DNA of 64,000 bases. Origin: an uncultured Actinomycetota bacterium. GTDB taxonomy: Bacteria; Actinomycetota; Actinomycetes; JAHEKZ01. The notes under the pieces are model-generated. The model worked only from the letters and a program-made list of their open reading frames with translations. It searched no databases and was not told the DNA's origin. Within the stretch, counting starts at the first letter, position 1, and every line of letters begins with the position of its first letter. The translations under genes were made by a program, and so were the position numbers. The stretch is taken from assembly GCA_963718235.1 (NCBI GenBank), contig CAVQYR010000001.1, forward strand, positions 1,568,001 through 1,632,000, given 5' to 3'. Positions 1 to 6,809 of this stretch are shown piece after piece.

Positions 1-27
1 TTGCACGGTCCGATGGGCCAGCGGCAT
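1..27 (-). CDS. 5' end of a divergent, probably leaderless gene running off the window (MPLAHRTVQ...)
   Basis: ATG at 27-25 on the minus strand, with a TAGGGT -10-like hexamer (39-34) 6 nt upstream; only 9 codons are visible. Confidence 0.35.
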
Positions 28-90
28 GGCCGGACCCTACCGAGGTCGCCAGAGGGGTAGACCAGCAGGCAGATCAGTGGCGCCGAGGTC

Positions 91-124
91 TTGACGAGCT
101 GAGGGTGTTCGAACATATGTTCGA
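91..124 (+). promoter_or_regulatory. LexA (SOS) box overlapping a putative promoter
   Basis: Perfect palindrome TCGAACATATGTTCGA at 109-124 matches the actinobacterial consensus TCGAAC-N4-GTTCGA; TTGACG -35-like hexamer at 91-96. Confidence 0.92.
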
Positions 125-208
125 GACCTCCTGGGCGGGGCTCGCGGCCCACCCAGGGCCTGCCGGACGGCGAGGCGGCCTCGACCCCCGTTCCAGCCGT
201 CCGGCAGG

Positions 209-252
209 CACCGGACAGGCACCCAACAGGCACCGGACAGACACCGGACAGA
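209..252 (+). repeat. 11-bp tandem repeat x4 in the leader of the SOS cassette
   Basis: caccggacagg / cacccaacagg / caccggacaga / caccggacaga, directly followed by the caggaggg RBS. Confidence 0.85.
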
Positions 253-264
253 CAGGAGGGACTC

Positions 265-597
265 ATGCGTCGCTGTACCGACCGGGTCGAGGTCTTGGCC
301 CCCCGGGCTCCGTCGACCGGGTCGACCCGGTCGACCCGGGCCGACTCGGTGGTGGCGCCGCTGGTCTTCCGCTGGCGGGGTCGTCGTTACGTGGTCTCCC
401 ACGTGCTCGCCGACTGGATCGAGGTGGAGCCGTGGTGGACCGGCTCGGACCTGCGCAGCGAGGGCGAGTCGGAGCAGCGCTGGTGGCGGGTGGAGGCCGG
501 GCGTCGGTCGGCGGCGTCGACGCAGGGGCAGGTCACCGGGGTGTTCGACCTGTGCTGGCGAGACGGCGGCTGGTCGATGCGCCGGATCGCGGACTAG
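265..597 (+). CDS. DUF6504-like small protein
   Basis: 110 aa, GGAGG RBS; P-x-x-F-x-W-RGRRY, W-x5-WW, WWRVEA and GVFDL...W patterns. Confidence 0.8.
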   Translation: MRRCTDRVEVLAPRAPSTGSTRSTRADSVVAPLVFRWRGRRYVVSHVLADWIEVEPWWTGSDLRSEGESEQRWWRVEAGRRSAASTQGQVTGVFDLCWRDGGWSMRRIAD

Positions 598-627
598 ACG
601 CAGCCAGAAACCCAGAAGGAGAGTGCG

Positions 628-1101
628 ATGAGCGGTACACCGATCAGCCAGCGGACCGACCGGCGCCCGGCGTCGCGCGCCCTGGGGTCGCCCCCGATCG
701 GTCGGCTGCCCGGGGTTCTCGACCTGCTGCAGACCGCCCGGCACGGGCTGGCCGAGGCGATGGTCGCCCCCCGGCCGGCCGAGCGCTACGCCCAGGCCCA
801 CGTGGCCGCCCTGCGCACGGCGGCTGCCGTCCTGGCGGCGCGGACCCGCCCGGCCGGCACCCGTGGTCCGCGCAGTGCCTGGGCCCTGCTCGCCCAGGTC
901 GCCCCCGAGCTGGGTGAGTGGGCCACCTTCTTCGCCGCCGGGGCCGGCAAGCGAGCCGCGGCCGAGGCCGGTCTCGACGCCGTCACCACCCGTGAGGCCG
1001 ACGACCTGCTGCGGGACGCCGAGACCTTCCTCGCCCTGGTCGAGACCACGCTGGGTGTCCCGCACCAGACCAGCCTTCCGCTCGGTCGCCGTGCCGGCTG
1101 A
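628..1101 (+). CDS. SAV_6107-like HEPN domain protein
   Basis: 157 aa; ERYAQAHVAALRTAAAVLAAR, W-x-LL-x-x-VAPEL-x-EWA-x-FFA, READDLLRDAE-x-FL; AGGAG RBS. Confidence 0.82.
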   Translation: MSGTPISQRTDRRPASRALGSPPIGRLPGVLDLLQTARHGLAEAMVAPRPAERYAQAHVAALRTAAAVLAARTRPAGTRGPRSAWALLAQVAPELGEWATFFAAGAGKRAAAEAGLDAVTTREADDLLRDAETFLALVETTLGVPHQTSLPLGRRAG

Positions 1102-4100
1102 CCCCTTCACCCACCTGCACGTCGCCTCCGGCTGGTCGCTGCGGCACGGGACCTCCCACCCCGAGCAGCTGGTCGCGGTCGCGGCCGAGCACGGCATGTC
1201 GGCCCTGGCGCTCACCGACCGAGACGGCGTGGCCGGTGCGGTGCGGTTCGCGGTGGCCTGCTCCGCGGCGGGCCTGCACCCCATCCTCGGCGTCGACCTG
1301 GCGGTGGCTCCGGTCACCGGGTCGGCGCTCCGGGCCGGGCCCCTTGCTGGGCCCCTTGCTGGGCCCCTTGCTGGGGTCCACGGGCGTCCGCCGACCCCGG
1401 CCCGGGGCGGGGTGAGCGTCGACCCCCGGCTGCCCCGGGTCACCGTGCTCGCCCGAGGTCGCACCGGCTGGGCTGCGGTCTGCCGGCTGGTCAGCGCGGC
1501 CCACGGGCAGCGGGGGTTCCCCCTGGTCACCACCGACCTGGTGGCCCAGCACGCCGCCGCCGGCGACCTGGTGGTGCTGCTCGGCCCAGGGTCCGACCTG
1601 GGCACGGCGGTCACGGCGCGCCACCACGACGACGCGGCGGCACTGCTGACCCGCTGGCGGGCGGTGCTGCCGACCGGGTCGCTCGTGGTCGAGCTGGTCA
1701 ACCACCGTGGTGCCGACGTGGTCGGCCGGTCCGCCAGCAGCGCGGCTCGCCTGCTCGGCTTCGCCCACGAGCACCGGCTGCCGGTGGTGGTGACCAACGC
1801 CGTCCGCTACGCACACCGCGACGACGCGCCGGTGGCCGACGTGCTCGACGCCGTGCGTCGCCTGGTCCCCCTCGACCTGCGGCACATCGACCGGCGCACC
1901 GGAGAGGGGTATCTCAAGTCGGGGCCGCAGATGGCCCAGGTGGTGGCCGAGGTCGTCCGCCACAGCGGGGTCAGTGACGAGTCACGCACCGCGGCTGCCG
2001 TGCTCGCCGCCACCCGCGAGCTGGCCGAGAGCTGCTGGCTCGACCCGCGTGACGACCTCGGGATCGGCTCGGTCCACTTCCCCGAGCTGTCGGTGGTCTC
2101 ACCGGACGACTACGCCGCTGGGCGCAGCGCCGACGCGGTGCTGCGTGAGCGGTGTGACGCCGGGTGGGCGCGGCGCGGCCTGCCCCAGCACGGTCGTGCG
2201 GGGCGGGCCGTCGCCGACCGGTTGACCACCGAGCTGGAGGTGATCACCGGGCTCGGCTACGCCACGTACTTCCTCACCGTCGGCGACGTCTGCGACATGA
2301 TCCGGTCGATGCAGGTCCGGGTCGCGGCCCGTGGCTCCGGCGCCGGGTCGTTGGTGAACTACCTGCTCGGGATCTCCGGGGTCGACCCCATGCGGCACGG
2401 GCTGCTGTTCGAACGGTTCCTGTCACCTCTGCGTGAGGCGCTGCCCGACATCGACGTCGACGTCGAGTCCGCCCGTCGCACCGAGATCTACACCCGCATC
2501 TTCGAGCGGTTCGGCGACGACCGGGTGGCGTGTGTCTCGATGGCCGACACCTATCGGGTACGGCACGCCGTCCGCGACGTCGGTGCCGCACTGGGCCTTC
2601 CGCCCGACGAGATCGATGCCATGGCCAAGGCCTTCCCGCACATCCGGGCCCGCGACGCCCGCGCGGCGCTGCGCGAGCTCCCCGAGCTGCGGGCCAGTGG
2701 TCTGGCCCGGCTCGCCGACGAGCCGGGCAGCCGGATCGACCGGTTGTTCTCCCTGGTCGAGAAGCTCGACGGTCTGCCCCGGCACCGGGCGCTGCACCCG
2801 TGCGGGGTGCTGCTGTCCGACGTCTCACTGCTCGACCGCACCCCGGTCGAGCCCAGCGCGCTGGGCTTTGCGATGAGCCAGTTCGACAAGGACGACGTCG
2901 AGCAGCTCGGCCTGCTCAAGCTCGACGTCCTCGGTGTGCGGATGCAGTCGGCGATGGCCTACGCCCTCGACGAGATCACCCGGGTCGAGGGCGCGGCTGC
3001 CCGGCCCGACCTCGACGCGGTTCCCCTCGACGACCCGGCCACGTTCGACCTCGTGCGCTCCACCCACACCCTGGGCTGCTTCCAGATCGAGTCACCCGGC
3101 CAGCGTGAGCTCGTCGGCAAGTTCGCCCCGGCGACGTTCGACGACCTGATCACCGACATCTCGCTGTTTCGCCCCGGCCCGGTGAAGTCCGACATGGTCA
3201 CCCCGTTCCTGTCGGCGCGCCAGGGATGGTCGTCCCCGCAGTACCTGCACCCCGACCTGGAGCCGGCGCTGCGCTCGACCTACGGCGTGGTGGTGTTCCA
3301 CGAGCAGGTGCTGCAGATCCTGGCCACCTTCACCGGGTGCAGCCTGGCCCAGGCCGACGAACGACGCCGTGCGCTCGGTGACCCCGACGGCCAGGCCGAG
3401 ACCCGCGAGTGGTTCTACCCGCTGGCCCTGGGCCGGGGCTACGACCTGGTGACGGTCGAACGGGTCTGGGAGGTCCTGCGGGCCTTCGCGTCGTTCGGCT
3501 TCTGCAAGGCCCATGCCGCCGCCTTCGCGCTGCCCACCTACCAGTCCGCCTGGCTGAAGGCCCACCATCCGGCCGCGTTCCTGGCCGGCGTCCTCACCCA
3601 CGACCCCGGCATGTACCCCAAGCGGCTCATCCTCGACGACGCCCGCCAGTTCGGGATCGCGGTGCTGTCCCTCGACGTCAACGCCTCCGGTGAGCACTAC
3701 CGGGTCGAACGGGTCGACCCGTACGACGAGCCGCCGCCCCGCGTGCTCGGGCAGCTGGTCGGCGACGGCACTCCCCGGGGCGTGCCCGACCACCCGGGGC
3801 TCCCGGACGCCCGCGGCTACGGCATCCGGCTCGCCCTGGCCGACGTCAAGGGGATCACCGACGACGAGATCGCCCGGATCGTGGCCGGTCGACCCTTCCA
3901 CGGGGTGGCCGACTTCTGGCACCGCACCGGGGTCTCCCGGCCGGTGGTCGAACGCCTGGTCGTCGCGGGCGGGTTCGACTCGGTGTACGGCCTGGACTCC
4001 GGGATCGCCCTACGGCGTCGGGACCGGATCACCCGCAGAGACCTGCTCGTGCAGGTCTCCGAGCTGCAGCGGTGGAGCCGGGGTCCCCAAACGTCGCGGG

Positions 4101-4933
4101 GCCGTGCTGCGACCCGGGCCGGATCAACTCGGGCCGGATCGACCCGAGGCGTGGAGGCCGACCAGCTGGCCCTCGACCTCGGCGGGATCGACGAGACGCC
4201 GTCGGGGCTGCCGGAGATGTCCGACACCGAACGGGTCCGGGCCGAGCTGGAGGTGCTCGGGCTGGACGCCAGTCGTCACGTGCTCGAGTCGTACGCCCTG
4301 ATGCTGTCGGCCCTGGGGATCGCCCGGTCGCGTGACCTGCTGGCCCACCGCTCCGGCCGTGAGCTGTTCGTGGCCGGGGTGAAGGTCGCCACCCAGACCC
4401 CACCGGTCCGGTCCGGACGCCGGGTGGTCTTCGTCACGCTGGACGACGCCACCGGTCCGGTCGATGCCACCTTCTTCGAGGACACCCAGGGGCCGTACGC
4501 CGCCACCGTGTTCCACTCGTGGCTGTTGCTGGTCCGTGGTGTGCTCCGTCGGACCGGGCCGCGCGGTGTCTCGTTGCGGGCAACCGGCTGCTGGGAGCTC
4601 ACCGCGGTCCACGAGGCCTGGCTCGAAGGGGGAGCAGCAGCGGTGGAGCAGCTGCTGGAGACGGTCCCCGAAGGGTTCGGTACGTCGGTCGACGAGGAGG
4701 CGGCCTCAGGAGCTGCCGCCAGCCGCTCGGCCCGTCCGGTGATGGCTGGTCCCCAGCCGGTGCCGGGGTCGTCAGGAAAGGCTGGTGGCATGGGACGACG
4801 ACGGGTGCTCGTGCACCCCAGCGGCTTTCGCCAGTCACCGTTCGCCGATGTGCGTCCAGCCGGTGACGACACCAACCAGGGAGAGCCGCCGCGCAAGCTG
4901 TGGCACTCCAGCCCCGGAAGCGCGGGACACTAG
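1091..4933 (+). CDS. dnaE2: Error-prone DNA polymerase III alpha, DnaE2 type
   Basis: PHP start FTHLHVASGWS...ALTDRDG; RGSGAGS, catalytic PDIDVD, KLDVLG, FGFCKAHA; OB fold; GTG start chosen at 1091, overlapping the upstream stop. Confidence 0.92.
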   Translation: MPADPFTHLHVASGWSLRHGTSHPEQLVAVAAEHGMSALALTDRDGVAGAVRFAVACSAAGLHPILGVDLAVAPVTGSALRAGPLAGPLAGPLAGVHGRPPTPARGGVSVDPRLPRVTVLARGRTGWAAVCRLVSAAHGQRGFPLVTTDLVAQHAAAGDLVVLLGPGSDLGTAVTARHHDDAAALLTRWRAVLPTGSLVVELVNHRGADVVGRSASSAARLLGFAHEHRLPVVVTNAVRYAHRDDAPVADVLDAVRRLVPLDLRHIDRRTGEGYLKSGPQMAQVVAEVVRHSGVSDESRTAAAVLAATRELAESCWLDPRDDLGIGSVHFPELSVVSPDDYAAGRSADAVLRERCDAGWARRGLPQHGRAGRAVADRLTTELEVITGLGYATYFLTVGDVCDMIRSMQVRVAARGSGAGSLVNYLLGISGVDPMRHGLLFERFLSPLREALPDIDVDVESARRTEIYTRIFERFGDDRVACVSMADTYRVRHAVRDVGAALGLPPDEIDAMAKAFPHIRARDARAALRELPELRASGLARLADEPGSRIDRLFSLVEKLDGLPRHRALHPCGVLLSDVSLLDRTPVEPSALGFAMSQFDKDDVEQLGLLKLDVLGVRMQSAMAYALDEITRVEGAAARPDLDAVPLDDPATFDLVRSTHTLGCFQIESPGQRELVGKFAPATFDDLITDISLFRPGPVKSDMVTPFLSARQGWSSPQYLHPDLEPALRSTYGVVVFHEQVLQILATFTGCSLAQADERRRALGDPDGQAETREWFYPLALGRGYDLVTVERVWEVLRAFASFGFCKAHAAAFALPTYQSAWLKAHHPAAFLAGVLTHDPGMYPKRLILDDARQFGIAVLSLDVNASGEHYRVERVDPYDEPPPRVLGQLVGDGTPRGVPDHPGLPDARGYGIRLALADVKGITDDEIARIVAGRPFHGVADFWHRTGVSRPVVERLVVAGGFDSVYGLDSGIALRRRDRITRRDLLVQVSELQRWSRGPQTSRGRAATRAGSTRAGSTRGVEADQLALDLGGIDETPSGLPEMSDTERVRAELEVLGLDASRHVLESYALMLSALGIARSRDLLAHRSGRELFVAGVKVATQTPPVRSGRRVVFVTLDDATGPVDATFFEDTQGPYAATVFHSWLLLVRGVLRRTGPRGVSLRATGCWELTAVHEAWLEGGAAAVEQLLETVPEGFGTSVDEEAASGAAASRSARPVMAGPQPVPGSSGKAGGMGRRRVLVHPSGFRQSPFADVRPAGDDTNQGEPPRKLWHSSPGSAGH
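1337..1372 (+). repeat. 12-bp in-frame tandem repeat x3 (GPLA) in the dnaE2 PHP region
   Basis: gggccccttgct x3, identical copies. Confidence 0.9.
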
Positions 4934-4938
4934 CCGCG

Positions 4939-6210
4939 ATGAGCCGTAAACAGCTGCACCGCACCCACAGCGGGGTGGGACCCGACGAGCACCTCCCCGA
5001 CGATGCCGGGTGCACGATCCTGCACGTCGACATGGACGCCTTCTTCGCCTCCGTGGAGCTGCTGCGGCACCCCGAGCTCGTCGGCCGGCCGGTCATCATC
5101 GGCGGCGGCGGCACGCGCGGGGTCGTCTTGTCGGCCACCTACGAAGCCCGGGCGTTCGGCGTCCACTCCGCGATGCCCACCAGCCGGGCCCGACGGCTGT
5201 GTCCCCAGGCGGTCGTCCTGACCCCGCACCACGACGACTACGCCAGGGCCTCGGCGGGCGTGATGGCCGTGTTCGCAGCCGTCACTCCGCTGGTCGAGCC
5301 ACTGAGTCTGGACGAGGCCTTCCTCGACGTCGCCGGCTCGATCCGCCGGCTCGGCTCCGGGAGGGTCATCGCCGAGCAGATCCGCACCCAGGTCGCCGAC
5401 GAGCAGGGGATCACCTGCTCGGTGGGCGTGGCCACCACGAAGTTCGTGGCCAAGCTCGCGTCGGCCCAGGCCAAGCCCGACGGCGTTCTCGTCGTGCCGG
5501 CCGACCACGTCGTGACCTTCTTGCACCCGTTGCCCGTCGGCGCCTTGTGGGGGGTCGGGGAGAAGACCGAGGAGACCCTGCACCGACTCGGGCTGCGCAC
5601 GGTCGGCGACCTGGCCAACACCCCGGTGACCACGTTGGAGCGAGCGCTCGGCTCGGCGTCGGGACGACACCTGGCCGCCTTGGCCTGGGGTCGCGACGAC
5701 CGCCGGGTGCAGCCGTACGAGCCGGACCGCAGCCTGGGTGCGGAGCACACCTTCGCTGCCGACGTCGACGACCCGGCGGTGGTCTACCGCGAGCTCCTCC
5801 GGCTGAGCGACACCGTCGCCGCCCGGCTGCGGGCCTCCGGCCAGGCCGGCCGGACGGTCAGTCTGAAGGTCCGGTTCGCCGACTTCACCACCCTCACCCG
5901 GTCGCGCACCCTGCCCGAGCCGATCGACGTCGCCCGCACGCTGTACGCGGTCTCCCGAGCCCTGTACGAGGCGCTGCACCTCGACCGGGCCCGGATCCGG
6001 CTCGTCGGAGTCCGGGTCGAGGGGCTCGTGGTCGGTGACCACCAGCCCCACCAGCTGGCCCTGGACGAACGTCCGCTCGGGTGGCGTGAGGCCGAGCAGG
6101 CGGTCGACCGGGCGTCGGCCCGGTTCGGGGCCGGCGTGGTCAAGCCGGCCAGCCTGGTCCGCGACGACCCGTCGGGGGTCCAGAACGCCTCGCGCCGTGC
6201 CGACACATGA
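4939..6210 (+). CDS. dinB: DNA polymerase IV (Y family)
   Basis: LHVDMDAFFASVE, YEARAFGVHSAMP, SLDEAFLD, KFVAKLAS...KPDG; starts 5 nt after the dnaE2 stop. Confidence 0.95.
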   Translation: MSRKQLHRTHSGVGPDEHLPDDAGCTILHVDMDAFFASVELLRHPELVGRPVIIGGGGTRGVVLSATYEARAFGVHSAMPTSRARRLCPQAVVLTPHHDDYARASAGVMAVFAAVTPLVEPLSLDEAFLDVAGSIRRLGSGRVIAEQIRTQVADEQGITCSVGVATTKFVAKLASAQAKPDGVLVVPADHVVTFLHPLPVGALWGVGEKTEETLHRLGLRTVGDLANTPVTTLERALGSASGRHLAALAWGRDDRRVQPYEPDRSLGAEHTFAADVDDPAVVYRELLRLSDTVAARLRASGQAGRTVSLKVRFADFTTLTRSRTLPEPIDVARTLYAVSRALYEALHLDRARIRLVGVRVEGLVVGDHQPHQLALDERPLGWREAEQAVDRASARFGAGVVKPASLVRDDPSGVQNASRRADT

Positions 6211-6381
6211 TCGAGGAGCGGCGCAGTCGTCGACCGAGTGAGGCAGCACGGGTCGGGGAACAGGTGCGGGGCCCCGATCGTCTTCCCTGCGGTCGGGTTT
6301 CACACACGCCAAACCCTGCCTATGCTGTAGGCGAAGCACACGTCGACCCATGGGGTCGCCCGAGGTCCGCGAGGAGGAGCC

Positions 6382-6777
6382 GTGCCGCTCTCCGAGCATG
6401 AGCAGCGCTTGCTCGAGCAGATGGAGCGCGCGCTCTACGCTGACGATCCCAAGCTCGCGTCGACCCTCCGCGGCGCCCATCTGCGTAGCTACGACCGACG
6501 ACGGGTTATCGGGGGTGCCGTCGGCCTGTTGCTCGGTGTCGGGCTGCTCCTGGCCGGTGTCGCCTCCGGAATGGCCGTGGTCGGGGTAGCCGGGTTCCTG
6601 GTCATGCTCGGATCGGCCTGGCTGGTGATGGCCGGCTACCGCGCACGGGGTGCGGCCAACCCGGCCACGCCCGCGGCTGGCGAGTCGAAGGGGAAGGCCC
6701 GCAAGGCCCGCAGCGCCGGCTTCATGGACCGGATGGAACAGCGCTGGGACCGCCGTCGCAACGAGGGCCAGAACTAG
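6382..6777 (+). CDS. DUF3040 family membrane protein
   Basis: MPLSEHEQRLLEQMERALYADDPKLAS, two TM segments, FMDRMEQRWDRR; GAGGAG RBS. Confidence 0.88.
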   Translation: MPLSEHEQRLLEQMERALYADDPKLASTLRGAHLRSYDRRRVIGGAVGLLLGVGLLLAGVASGMAVVGVAGFLVMLGSAWLVMAGYRARGAANPATPAAGESKGKARKARSAGFMDRMEQRWDRRRNEGQN

Positions 6778-6809
6778 CCGAACCAGGTGCGCTGCGTCGT
6801 CCGCGTGGC

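Noticed and set aside
628-1101. HEPN-MNT toxin-antitoxin or anti-phage system
   Set aside because: No MNT partner, no RxxxxH motif, and the context is a core-genome SOS cassette
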